Of a stretch of DNA of 64,000 bases, positions 12,041 to 24,846 are shown piece by piece; the first letter of the stretch is position 1; every line of letters begins with the position of its first letter. A program made the position numbers and the translations under genes. A model generated the notes under the pieces. It did no database searches. It saw only the letters and a program-made list of their open reading frames with translations, and was not told where the DNA came from. Location of the stretch: contig JAPDFW010000028.1 in NCBI GenBank assembly GCA_028826165.1, positions 4,507 through 68,506 of the forward strand, in the 5' to 3' direction. This DNA is from Anaeramoeba ignava BMAN (taxonomy: Eukaryota > Protista > Anaeramoebae).

Positions 12041-12434
12041 ATGTTATTTCAAATTTTATTTACAAATTTTAAAGGATTTGTTATTTATGAAAAAAATTAT
12101 GATCCAAATGAACTTGAAAATTTAAAATGGAATAAATTACTTTATGAAACAACTCAACCTTTTTGGGAAAATTTAAAAGAAGGAAATGAAGAAGTTTTTC
12201 AATTTAATGATAAAGTTACTATTTTAATGAAAGTTGGAAATGTTTTAATATTTTTAACAGGAAAAGAAGATTATACTGAAATATTTTGTAGTTTCTTTTT
12301 TAAAAATCAAAATCAAAATCAAAAAGAAAATTTTAAATTTTAATTTTGAATATTTTATTGAATAGATTAAAAGAATTTTAGGAACAGGAATTTCTAAAGA
12401 AAAAATTATTGAATTTTATGATGATTTAAATTAA
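12041..12434 (+). pseudogene. TSET/TPLATE complex sigma subunit (TSPOON/LOLITA-like longin), truncated or disrupted after exon 1
   Basis: MLFQILFTNFKGFVIYEK...LKWNKLL...KVGNVLIFLTGKEDYTEIF resembles the LOLITA/TSPOON pattern (MILAVLFAN..G....E...W...L...LGDV.IF.VGK.EYDE, recalled from memory). GT donor at 12288; downstream remnant ILGTGISKEKIIEFYDDLN* ends prematurely. Confidence 0.6.
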
Positions 12435-12916
12435 AAAAAAAAATTTTTAGGAACAGGAATTTTTTATTATTTTAAAAAATAAAAAAAAATTAATTGATTA
12501 ATATCAAAGAAATTTAAAAATTCCAAAAATTGTTTTTCTGAAAAATAAAAAAGTGGAACAAAATAATAAAAATAAAAAAAAAAATTCATTTATTTTTATT
12601 AACTTATAAAAATGAGAAAAATATCATTTTTTTCAATATTTTCTAAAAAAAATAAAAAGGGATATTATGTTCGAAGATATGAAGACGTCCCTGAAAATAT
12701 GATCTAAAAATTTGCAAAAATTGTTTTTCAGAAAATAAAAAAAATAAAATAAAATTCTCTATTATATCTTCTCCCTCATCTCAATCTAAAAAAAGTGGAA
12801 CAAAATAATAAAAATAAAAAAATTCTTTTTTAAATTTAAAGCAGCATCCTAAAAGAGTCATTAACTTATAAAAATGAGAAAAAAATATCATTTTTTTTTC
12901 AATATTTTCTAAAACA

Positions 12917-13060
12917 CGAAGATCCACTTCATGTTCTTTCTGCGGATATTATGTTCGAAGATATGAAGACGTCCCTGAAAATATGATTCTTCTTGATAAT
13001 AAATCAACTAAAAATGCCAGAATTATTTGCAAATAATGCTATGAAATCTCAGAAAATAAA
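12917..13060 (+). pseudogene. Degenerate zinc-finger (FYVE-like) coding fragment, partly duplicated at 12660-12740
   Basis: Translates RRSTSCSFCGYYVRRYEDVPENMILLDNKSTKNARIICK*CYEISENK (CxxC...CxxC with an in-frame stop). Confidence 0.35.
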
Positions 13061-13174
13061 ATAAAATAAAATAAAATTCCCTATTATATCTTCTCCCTCA
13101 TCTCCATCTAAAAAAAGTGGAACAAAATAATAAAAATAATAAAATTATTTTTTAAATTTAAATTTAAATCAAAT

Positions 13175-13392
13175 TTAATTAAAATATAAACAACCTTCAA
13201 TACTATCTTTTTTAGCTCCAGTTACTGATTTCAAAGTATTAATTTGATTATTTTTTCTTAAAAGTGCAAGAAAAGCAAAAATAAGAGCTTCTTTATAATC
13301 AATAATTTCTTTTGAAGGAATAACAAAAAAAATTAAAAAAGGAGAATAAGAATAATTTTCAATTTCTTCGGTTATTCTTATTGCTAGATAAT
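13175..13392 (-). pseudogene. anmK: C-terminal fragment of bacterial-type anhydro-N-acetylmuramic acid kinase
   Basis: Minus strand reads ...[49 protein letters not shown], containing the AnmK C-terminal KEAxxFAxL...xVTGA motif. No start codon or N-terminal part is visible. Confidence 0.7.
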
Positions 13393-13449
13393 CAAGGAAT
13401 TAAAAAAAAAAAACTTTCTATTTATTCAATCCGAAATTTATCTCATTCA

Positions 13450-14275
13450 AAATAGCATATTTTGAAAGTTATCATGGAAAAAATCTTTAAAATAGATATT
13501 TGGAATGAATATCTTCAATTTAATTAATTAATTAAATACTTTACCCTATATCATGGGAAAAAATCTTTGAGATAAATATTTGGAATGAATATCTTAAATT
13601 TAATTAATTAAATTGAATTTGAAATCCAAATAAAATATCTGACACCCTATCATGGAAAAAATCTTTAAAATAAATATTTGGAATTAATATCTTAAATTAT
13701 TTAATTAATTAAATTGAAATCAAAATAATTTATTTTGAAACATACCATGGAAAAAATCTTTAAGATAAATATTTGGAAATAAAATCTTCAATTATTTAAT
13801 TAATTAAATTGAAATCAAAATAATTTATTTTGAAACATACCATGGAAAAAATCTTTAAGATAAATATTTGGAAATAATATCTTCAATTAATTAAATTGAA
13901 ATCAAAATAACTTCTTTATCTCCTATCATGGAAAAAATATTTAAAATAAATATTTGGAAATAATATCTTAAATTATTTAATTAATTAAGTTGAAATCAAA
14001 ATCACTTCTTTGAAAGCTATCACGGGAAAAAATCTTTGAGATAAATATTTGGAAATAATATCTTAAATTATTTAATTAATTAAATTGAAATCAAAATAAT
14101 TTATTTTGAAACATACCATGGAAAAAATCTTTGAGATAAATATTTGGAAATAAAATCTCTAATCAATTTATCTCATTCAAAATATCATATTTTGAAACAT
14201 ACCATGGAAAAAATCTTTGAGATAAATATTTGGAAAGAATATCTTAAATTAATTTAATTAAATTGAAATCAAAAA
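13450..14275. repeat. Tandem minisatellite, ~85-100 bp unit, about 9 copies
   Basis: Recurring 'catggaaaaaatctttaagataaatatttggaaataatatcttaaattatttaattaattaaattgaaatcaaaa'. Confidence 0.9.
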
Positions 14276-14698
14276 ATATTGAGAAAAAAAATTCAAATAA
14301 ACTCAACATTTCTAAAATCAATTCTTTTCTAAATTCATTCTTCAATAATATTTAGAATCAATAAATATCTCCAAAAATACATTGGAAAAAAATTTCTCTG
14401 CAAAAATGGGGGATCTTATTTAAATATTTCACCAAAATTAGAAAAAAAAAATACTGAAATTCAAAGAAAAATTCAAAGAAAAAATTTCAAAATTAAAAAA
14501 AAGAAAAAGGTTCGATAAAAAAAGAAATCAATTTTGGCAAATAAAAAACTCATAAAAAATTTTGGTTTTTATTATAAAAAAAAAAGTAAAAAAATGAAAA
14601 AAATGAAAAAAATGAAAATGAAATTTTGATCAAAAATTTTTTTTTTTAATTTTTTTCATTTTTTTACTTTTAAAAATCAAAAGAAGAAAAAAAGAATA

Positions 14699-16039
14699 AT
14701 GATTTCCAGACTTTTTCTAATTGTTTTTTGTGCCTCTCTTTTAGGTTTAGTTTATTCAATTGATTTACAAGAAGCAAAAACACTTTTTAAAGATTTTCAG
14801 AATAAATTTGAAAAAATTTATGAAACTGAAGAAGAAAATGAATATAGATTTCAAGTGTTTCAAGAAAATCTTGAAATAGCAAAGAATAAAAATGCAAAAC
14901 AAGAATTAACTCATTTTGGAATTACAAAATTTAGTGATTTAACTTCAGGTAATTTTGATATTATGAAAAAATTAATAAAATAATAAAATAAAATAATTAA
15001 ATAATAAAAATTATATAAAAAATTGATTATGATTCTCTTGTTTTTTTTTTGAAATGAAACAATTACGAATTTTTTTTTTTAATCATTTTTTTTTGCCTTT
15101 TTGGTTCATTTTGACAAAATTCTCATTTTTTTTTTTCAATTTAAAAAGAGGAATTCAAAAGTATAATTTTAAGTGAATTTCAACCAATTTATGGACAAAA
15201 TGCTAGAAAATATGAGAAAAAAGATGAATTAAGAGCACTTCCCGATTCCTTTGATTGGAGAGAAAAAGGGGCAGTAACAGTTGTAAAAGATCAAGGAGAT
15301 TGTGGATCATGTTGGGCATTTTCAGCCGTTGGAGCGATTGAAGGTGTTTGGAAACTTTCAGGACATGATCTTGTTAGTTTATCAACTCAACAACTAATTG
15401 ATTGTGATAAAAATGATTCTGGTTGTGATGGTGGTTGGATGTTAACTGCTTTTGATTATGTTATTGCTAACGGTCTTGAAACTGATGTTGATTATCCTTA
15501 TTATGCTTATAAAAGAACTTGTGTTTATGATCAAAAAAAAGTTCTTGCTCATATTTCAAATTATACAACTGTTGCCCAAGATGAAACTGTTATTGCCCAG
15601 TATTTAATGGATCATAATCCACTTTCTGCTGCTCTTGATGCTACTGGTTTGTTTTTTTTTAAAAAAAAAAAGCAAAAAAAAAAATTCGGAACTTTTTATT
15701 TGCTTTTTTTTTTTTTTCTTTTTAGATCTTCAATTATATGATGGTGGAATTCTTTTCCCAGATCAATGCAATTCTGGTGAGTATTATTTGAATCATGGTA
15801 TTTTATTAGTTGGTTTTGGAACTTCTGGTCGAGTTACTTATTGGATTTGCAAAAATAGGTTTGTTTATTTATTATTATTATTAATTTTAATTTTAATATT
15901 AATATTAATATTTATTTTTATTATTTTTCCAAATTAAAGTTGGGGAACTGGTTGGGGAATTCAAAATGGATATTTCTTAATTGTTCGAGGAATTAATGCA
16001 TGTGGAATTTCTGATGCTGTTTCTTCTCCAATTTATTGA
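14699..16039 (+). CDS. Papain-family (C1A, cathepsin L/F-like) cysteine protease with signal peptide and I29 propeptide; 4 exons
   Basis: Exons 14699-14948, 15149-15646, 15726-15858 and 15940-16039. Motifs GITKFSDLTSEEF, LPDSFDWRE, QGDCGSCWAFS, NHGILLVG, KNSWG. Confidence 0.95.
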
Positions 16040-16283
16040 TTTTGATTTTGATTTGAATTGATTTTGATTTTGATTTGATTTGAATTGATTTTGATTTTGA
16101 TTTGATTTGAATTGATTTTGATTTGAATTGATTTGAATTGATTTGAATTGATTTTGATTTTGATTTGAATTGATTTTGATTTTGATTTGAATTGATTTTG
16201 ATTTGAATTGATTTTGATTTTGATTTGATTTGAATTGATTTTGATTTGATTTTGATTTGAATTGATTTGAATTGATTTTGATT
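16040..16283. repeat. TTTTGA/TTTGAATTGA simple repeat directly after the protease stop codon
   Basis: Visible short-period repeat. Confidence 0.85.
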
Positions 16284-16403
16284 TAAAAAGTGGAACAAAA
16301 TTTCTTTTAATTTTCCTTTTAATTTTTCAAATCAAAAGAAAAAAAAACAAAAAAAACTTTTTTCATTTTTTTTCATTTTTCTTTTTTATTTTTTCTTTTT
16401 AAA

Positions 16404-17944
16404 ATGTCACATTCAGATTATGATTTTTGTTTTAAAATTGTTATTGTTGGTGATCCTCGTAATTTTATATAAAAAAAAAATTAAATCAAAACAACAAAAT
16501 AAAATTTAATTAAAAAAAAAAAAGATTGTGGAAAAAGTTGCATTTTAATTAGATATACAGAAGATAAATTTACTGATGGTTCTTAATAATTTTATAAAAA
16601 AAAGAATAAACAAAAAAATTTTCAAAATAACTAACTAATCAATTCTATTAAATTTAAAATACATTTTTTGATCTAAAAATTTTTCTTTTTAAAATTTTCA
16701 AATTTTTTTCATAATTTTTTTCGTCAACAAAAGATTATGAAACTACTTTAAGTGTTGGAATTGGAACGAGAATGATTAAAGTTGATAATTTCCAACTTAA
16801 ATTAGATATTTGGGATACAGTAAAAAATTTATAAGAAAGATCAAAACAAAATATTTTTTTTTTGGATTGTTTTATAAAAATATTTTTCTCAATTTTTATT
16901 AAAATTAGGCAGGACAAGATACATTTAAAGCACTTACAAAATCATATTTTAGAGGAGCTGCAGGAGCTTTTGTTGTTTATGATATTACTCGGTAATTGAA
17001 TATTTTTTTTCCGAATTTGATTTTAAATTTAATTTTAAATTTGATTTTTAATTTGATTTTTAAATTTAATTTTTGGATTGAATTTAAATTTGATTTTAAA
17101 TTTAATTTTTAATTTGATTTTAAATTTGATTTTTAAATTTAATTTTAAATTTCTTTTTAAATTTCTTTCTAAATTTGATTTTAAATTTAATTTTTAATTT
17201 GATTTTAAATTTGATTTTAAATTTAATTTTTGAATTTGATTTTTTAAATTTGATTTTAAATTTGATTTTAAATTTAATTTTAAATTTGATTTTAAATTTA
17301 ATTTTAGATTTGATTTTAAATTTGATTTTTTGGATTGATTTTTAAATTTAATTTTAAATTTAATTTTAAATTTAATTTTAAATTTAATTTTAAATTTGAT
17401 TTTTAATTTAATTTTAAATTTGATTTTAAATTTGATTTTTAATTTAATTTTTAATTTGATTTTTTTTATAGAAAAGATACATTTGAAACAGCAAAAGTTT
17501 GGATGAATGATTTAAGAGATGAAGTTCCAGGAATTCCAATCATTTTAATTGGAAATAAATATGATTTAGCTCATAGAAGACAAGTTACTTCTGAACAAGC
17601 TGAAGGATTTGCAAATGAAAATAAAATTTTATTTCAAGAAACTTCAGCTAAAGAAGGAATTGGAATTGAAGATGTAAACAATTTATTTTAAACTAAATCA
17701 CAAAAAATAATTTTTTTCCCTTCATTTTTATTCTTATTAGGCTTTTAGAGGTCTTTCTAAAAAAATCCTTATTCAAGCACAAAAAGGAGAAGTAAAAATT
17801 AAATTATTTTTTTTGTTCCACTTTTTTTTAATATTTTTTTTTTCTTTTTTTTAGAATAAAGAAGTAATAAGTGGAAAAAAATCAAGTCCAAATATTCAAA
17901 TTAGTAGTGATTTTGAAGAACAAAAGAAAAACAAATGTTGTTGA
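16404..17944 (+). CDS. Rab GTPase (Rab2/4/14-like, divergent switch I); 7 exons; C-terminal CC prenylation motif
   Basis: Spliced product MSHSDYDFCFKIVIVGDPHCGKS...IWDTAGQDTF..LTKSYFRGAAGA...IGNKYDL...ETSAK...KKNKCC*. Confidence 0.93.
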
Positions 17945-18054
17945 AATCTTTTGAAAAGAATTGAATTTTGAATTTTTTTTATTAAAGAAATAATTTTTGA
18001 TTTATTCCTTTTTTCTCCTTAAATAAAAAATCAAAATTTTCAAAATATTTTTAG

Positions 18055-18619
18055 AATCTTATTTAATATTAAATTTAGAAAAATAATTTATTATTATTAA
18101 TTAAATTTATTTATAAAAAAGTGGAATAAAATTTTAATTAAATTTTTTTAATTGTTTTTTAATTTAATTATTTTAAATAAAAAATTAAATATAATTAATT
18201 TATTAATAATAAATAAATATTATTTAATATTATATTTTAAAAAATAATTTATTATTATTAATTAAATTTATTTATAAAAAAGTGGAATAAAATTTTAATT
18301 AAATTTTTTTAATTGTTTTTTAATTTAATTATTTTAAATAAAAAATTGAATATAATTAATTTATTAATAATAAATAAATATTATTTAATATTAAATTTTA
18401 AAAAATAATTTATTATTATTAATTAAATTTATTTATAAAAAAGTGGAATAAATTTTTAATTAAATTTTTTTAATTGTTTTTTGATTTAATGATTTTAAAT
18501 AAAATATTGAATATAATTAATTTATTAATAATAAATAAATCTTATTTAATATTATATTTTAAAAAATAATTTATTATTATTAATTAAATTTATTTATAAA
18601 AAAGTGGAATAAAATTTTA
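18055..18619. repeat. ~161-bp AT-rich satellite, left arm (interrupted by the MULE)
   Basis: GTGGAAT core at 18121, 18282, 18443 and 18604. Confidence 0.92.
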
Positions 18620-21004
18620 GGCTTGGTTTTGATTCTTGCCAAGTGGCATATTGAGCTTATTGGCTTATCGAGCCAAAAGCAAAAAAAAAATAATTGAAAC
18701 TCAATTAGATCAAAAAAAATACCCCCTATTTTTGCCAATTTTGGCAATAAGATTTAGAATCTGATCAATAAAAATTAAAATCCCTAATTTGCCAATTAAG
18801 AACTTTTTTATTTACGATTTCCTTTTGTCAAAATTCGCATTTGGCAAAAAAAAGTTGAAAAAAATCAGAAAAAAAAAATTTTTTTTGGCTCAGAAAGCCA
18901 AAATTCATTTAAAGAAGAAATTCCTTTAAAACCATTTATCTCCATTCTTAGGACATGTTACTTTATTGTGTCCAGGTTTTCCACATTGAGAACAACAATA
19001 TTTTTTTTCAGAGTTTTTATGTCTTTTTTTTTCGAATCCATTTTCATGTTCAGAAACTCTTTCTTCTGATAAATCAAAATCTTCTTCAGAACTCCAATCA
19101 GAAAAAGAAGAATGTCTATATAGCTTTCTTTTGGGTTTTGGCTTCTTTATTTCTGGTCCTCCTTCATCCATCTGAATAATTTTAGTCAAATCATTATCTT
19201 CTTCATCCATAAAGTGTTCAGAGTTATGTAGAATTGGATTTTCAATAAATGGAATATTTTCATTATTTTGATTTGGATCAATCTCCTCTTCATATTCACT
19301 GACATAATTCTCTATTTCTTCTTGTATTATTTGATTTTCCTCTTGTTCTTCTAAAATTTGAGAAGATTGTCTCTTCTTCTTATCTTGACTGTTTTTCCTT
19401 CCTTGTTTCTTTCTTACTTGAGAACTTAATCTTAATTCATCCTTTTTTTCTTCATCCTCTTTCCTATATTTCTGAACTTTCTCCCACCATTTTGTTGTTT
19501 CTTCATTATCTGTTGGAATCTCTCTTGATGTCCAGTTCTCTCTTTGAAATTGAATTTTTTTTCTTATCAATTCTTCTTCAGATTTTAATAATTCAACCAT
19601 TTGTATCAATTTGGGTTTTTCATGTCCAATTCTTCTGTTTAATCTTTTTATGATATCCTTCTAATGGCCCATTTGTTCTTTGGCTTAAATCTGGAAAACT
19701 TGAGATATTCCATATTTGAGGTGAATATTTTCTCATCCATATTTTTTGAAAATATTTAAAAAATTCTTCACAACCTTTAAAATGAACTTTTATTTTCTTC
19801 AATTTCTCTTCAATCATATTTAATGGAATATAAGTTAATTCCTCTAGTGATTCAACTAATTCCTTTTTTTGATTTTCATCTAATTCTGAACACAATTTAT
19901 TCACCTTTTTCCTTATTGCATTTTTCCAGTGAAAAACAACCTATCAACTGTGCTTCTGGAAGAACTTTCTTGATTGCATTCTGAAGAGAAACTTCAAAGT
20001 CACAAGTGACATATTTAAATTTCCATTTGGAATTGAGGAAGTATCTAAAGATGTTTTCAAAGATAAATGTATACATGTCCTGCTTAGAAGAAGTTGAAAT
20101 TGCATAAACTGCTGGAACGTAAATTCTACTTGAATGATCAAAACACATAATTGTAATTAATTGAGTAAAGGGTTTGGCTGCACTTAAAAAAGTGCCATCA
20201 ATAAATATCTGATTGGCCTGGAAACAAAGAACTAGCTACACTATCTGAAAACCAACAAACAGCCATTTCTTTTTTGTCTTGAATCAATACTTCAGAGGAG
20301 AATCTCCAAAATTTTTTTTCATTTTTTGTTTGTGAATAAGGAGATTCAGAAAGGATTCTTATTAATTCAAAAGGAAATCTTGCTTTTCTAATTGTTGAAA
20401 TAGTCTGCAAAACATGATGAGCAGGTGGTATTTCAAAATGATCATCTTCCCCAATTTCAGAATTGATTCTTTCAACAGCTAATTGGTAGATCTCCATAGA
20501 AGTCTTTCCTAATTCAGATGCCATTTGATTAATAAATTCCCAGAATCTTTTGGATAATGATTCATTTCCTTGAATTTGCTTTTCACATTCTTCTGAATGA
20601 GGACGATTTAAACGGTATTGATTGTTGAATCTGATCAATGTTGCACCACAATTAGGAGTCATACACCGATAATACTTCTTCCCTGTCTCTTCAACAAAAC
20701 TTTTTAATCGAAAAATTCTTGAATTGAAAATAAGTTTCGAATTCATCAAAAAAGAAAAAAAAAATTGAAAAAAAAAAGTCAAAAAAAAAATGAGAATGAA
20801 AAATAAAAATTTTTTTTCTTTTTCTTAAATATTTTTTTTTTCGCAAGATCCGTGATTGGGGAGAGATCTTTTTGTTTTTGGTTTTTATTAAGAAAAATAA
20901 AGTTTTTCAATTTGATTTCAATTTAAAAATATGTTTATTTTGTTTTATTAGCTCGATAAGCCAATAAGCTCAATATGCCACTTGGCAAGAATCAAAACCA
21001 AGCC
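18620..21004 (-). mobile_element. Mutator-like (MULE) DNA transposon, 2385 bp, perfect 54-bp TIRs, 8-bp TSD AAATTTTA
   Basis: TIR ggcttggttttgattcttgccaagtggcatattgagcttattggcttatcgagc at 18620-18673 and its reverse complement at 20951-21004. AAATTTTA at 18612-18619 and 21005-21012. Neighbouring satellite units show the empty site. Confidence 0.95.
18926..20746 (-). pseudogene. MULE transposase broken into four ORFs by frameshifts
   Basis: N-terminal YYRC...C...H zinc finger (FLYWCH-like), IDGTF, VTCDFEVSLQNAI, GCFxHW, RTNGPLEGYH, C-terminal CSQCGKPGHNKVTC knuckle. Confidence 0.9.
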
Positions 21005-22005
21005 AAATTTTAATTAAATTTTTTTAATTATTTTTTGATTTAATGATTTTAAATAAAATATTGAATATAATTAATTTATTAATAATAAATAAATCTTATT
21101 TAATATTATATTTTAAGAAATAATTTATTATTATTAATTAAATTTATTTATAAAAAAGTGGAATAAATTTTTAATTAAATTTTTTTAATTGTTTTTTGAT
21201 TTAATGATTTTAAATAAAATATTGAATATAATTAATTTATTAATAATAAATAAATATTATTTAATATTAAATTTTAAAAAATAATTTATTATTATTAATT
21301 AAATTTATTTATAAAAAGTGGAATAAAATTTTAATTAAATTTTTAATTGTTTTTAATTTAATTATTTTAAATAAAAATTGAATATAATTAATTTATTAAT
21401 AATAAATAAATATTATTTAATATTAAAATTTAGAAAATAATTTATTATTATTAATTAAATTTATTTATAAAAAGTGGAATAAATTTTTAATTAAATTTTT
21501 TAATTGTTTTTTGATTTAATGATTTTAAATAAAATATTAAATATAATTAATTTATTAATAATAAATAAATATTATTTAATATTAAATTTTAAAAATAATT
21601 TATTATTATTAATTAAATTTATTTATAAAAAAGTGGAATAAAATTTTAATTAAATTTTTTTAATTGTTTTTTAATTTAATTATTTTAAATAAAAAATTGA
21701 ATATAATTAATTTATTAATAATAAATAAATATTATTTAATATTAAATTTTAAAAATAATTTATTATTATTAATTAAATTTATTTATAAAAAGTGGAATAA
21801 ATTTTTAATTAAATTTTTTAATTGTTTTTGATTTAATTATTTTAAATAAAAAATTGAATATAATTAATTTATTAATAATAAATAAATCTTATTTAATATT
21901 ATATTTTAAGAAATAATTTATTATTATTAATTAAATTTATTTATAAAAAAGTGGAATAAAATTTTAATTAAATTTTTTTAATTATTTTTTGATTTAATGA
22001 TTTAT
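21005..22005. repeat. ~159-bp AT-rich satellite, right arm
   Basis: GTGGAAT core at about 21158, 21318, 21474, 21633, 21792 and 21951. Confidence 0.92.
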
Positions 22006-22137
22006 ATATATTAAAAAAATGAGAAAAACAACTTAAGATAAAAAAAAAAGAAAAAAAATTTTTTTTAATTTTTTTAATTTTCATTTTTTTTCATCTCTTT
22101 TTATTAAAAAAAAAACAAAATTAAAATTTTAAACAAA

Positions 22138-24641
22138 ATGGAAGTTGAATTAAACGAAAACGAAAGATGGGAAGATTTAGATCATGTTCTTCTTAGAACA
22201 AGTCCACTTGCAGGAATGGGATTTACAGGAGAAATTCAAGTAAAAAAAAAAGCAAAAAAAAAATCAAATAAAAAAAGCAAAAAAAATCAATTAAAAAAAT
22301 CAAATTAAAAAATCAATTAAAAAATCAATTTAAAAAATCAATTTAAAAAATCAATTTAAAAAATCAATTTAAAAAATCAATTTAAAAAAATCAATTAAAA
22401 AATCATATTAAAATTTTTTCAAAAAAAAGGGAAAAGAGAATTTATTCAACACCACAAAAATTCTTGTTCTTGGAGCTGGTGGTTTAGGTTGTGAGATGCT
22501 TAAAGATCTTGCTCTTTCCGGTTTTAGAGATATTCATGTCATTGATTTGGATACAATTGATTTATCAAATCTTAATAGACAATTTTTATTTCAACAACAA
22601 GATATTGGTAAACCAAAAGCTGAAGTTGCTTCTCGTTTTATTATGGAAAGAGTTCCTGGTTGCAAAGTTACTCCGTATTTATATAATTTTAGAAAATGAT
22701 TTTTCAAATTAAAATTAAAATTAAAATTAAAAATAAAAATTAAAATTAAAATTAAAATCAAAATTAAAAATTCATTTATAAAATCAAAATTAAAATTAAA
22801 ATTAAAATTCATTTATAAAATTAAAATTAAAATTAAATTCAAATTAAAATTCAAAATTAAAATTAAAATTAAAATTAAAATAAAAATAAAATTAAAACTA
22901 AAATTAAAATTAAAATTAAAATTAAAATTAAAATTAAAATTAAAATCAAAATTAAAATTAAAATTAAAATTAAAATTAAAATCAAAATTAAAATTAAAAT
23001 TAAAATTCATTTATAAAATTAAAATTAAAATCAAAATTAAAAATTAAAAATTAAAATTAAAATTCAAATTAAAGACATCATTGTGCCTTAGAAACATTTG
23101 ATCAAGAATTTTATTCACAATTTCAAATTGTAATCAGTGGACTTGATAACATTCCAGCAAGAAGATGGCTTAATTCAATGCTTGTTAATATTGTTGCTAT
23201 TGATGATGATGGAAATCCAGATCCAAAAACAATTATTCCATTAATTGATGGAGGATCTGAAGGATTTAAAGGACAAATTCGAGTAATGATTCCAAGATTT
23301 GGGAGTTGTTTTGAATGTCAACTTGATGCCTTTCCTCCTGAAACTAAGTTCCCAATGTGCACAATTAGAAACACTCCTCGAAATCCTGAGCATTGTATTG
23401 AATATGCATATGCTGTTCAATGGCCTAGAGTATTTTTAAATTTTTAATAAAATTAATTTAAAAACATGAAATGAAATTTAATAAATTAATTTAAAAACAT
23501 GAAATGAAATTTAATAAATTAATTTAAAAACATGAAATGAAATTTAATAAATTAATTTAAAAATATGAAATGAAATTTAATAAATTAATTTAATAACATG
23601 AAATGAAATTTAATTAATTTAATTTAAAAACATGAAATGAAATTTAATAAATTTAATTTAATAAATTAATTTAAAAATATGAAATGAAATTTAATAAATT
23701 TAATTTAAAAACATGAAATGAAATTTAATAAATTTAATTTAAAAATATGAAATGAAATTTAATAAATTTAATTTAAAAACATGAAATGAAATTTAATAAA
23801 TTTAATGAAATTTAATAATTTTATTATTAATTAATTAGGATCATGAAAATGTTAAAGCTGATGGAGATAATCCAGCCCATATCCAAGAAATTTATGAAAA
23901 CGCACTTGAACGTGCAAAATCTTTTAATATTGAAGGAGTTACTTATATGAAAACACAAGGAATGGTTAAGAATATTATTCCAGCAATTGCTTCAACAAAT
24001 GCAATTATTGCAGGTAATTATTTATATTTATATTCCAAATATTTATATTTATATTTATATTTATATTTATATTTATATTTATATTTATATTTATATTTAT
24101 ATTTATTTTTATATTTATATTTATATTTATATTTATTTTATTTAAAAAGCTGGTTGTGTTAATGAGGCTTTCAAATTAATCACTCAAGCATCAAATTATT
24201 TAAATAATTTCACAATTTATAATGGTGTTGAACTTTATACTTACACTTTTGAATATGAAAAAAAACCTGATTGTCTTGTTTGTGGAACATCTTCTGTCAA
24301 ATATACAGGTTCAAAAGATATGCTTCTAAAAGATTTTATTGAATTTTTAAAAAGTGATAAGAACTTGTAATTGAAAAACAAAAATTTTTTCATTTACTTG
24401 ACATTTTTAAATTTTTTAATTTTTTTAAATTTTTTAACTGGAAAAAAAAAAAAATTTTAATAGCAAATTAGTTCATCCAAGTATTCGTAAATTCAGAGAA
24501 ATGATTTATATGAAAAACAATCCAGATACTTTTGCAAACTTAGAAAAAAAAATGGGAGAATTATTCGAAAATGGAGATGAACTCACTTTAACAGATAAAG
24601 CAATTCCTTCAGTTTTGAGATTAAAAGTTTTTTTTAATTAA
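22138..24641 (+). CDS. UBA3: NEDD8-activating enzyme E1 catalytic subunit; 6 exons
   Basis: [51 protein letters not shown], catalytic [32 protein letters not shown]. Confidence 0.95.
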
Positions 24642-24846
24642 TAAGAAAAAAAGAAAAGAACCATTTTCCAATTAGCAAAAAACACAAAAAACAAAAAACA
24701 AAAACAACTAAATTTCTTTTTTTTGAATTCTTTTTTTCTTTTTCATTTTCTTTTTTTTTTTTTTTCAAATCCACATTTTTTTTTTGCTTTCCTTAATTCA
24801 AAAAAATCAATTCTTCTTTTCCAATAAAAAAAAAAAGAAATTTAAA

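Noticed and set aside
13450-14275. Possible CRISPR-like array (also 18055-22005 and 44240-45130)
   Set aside because: Whole units repeat with no unique spacers; no cas genes; eukaryotic context.
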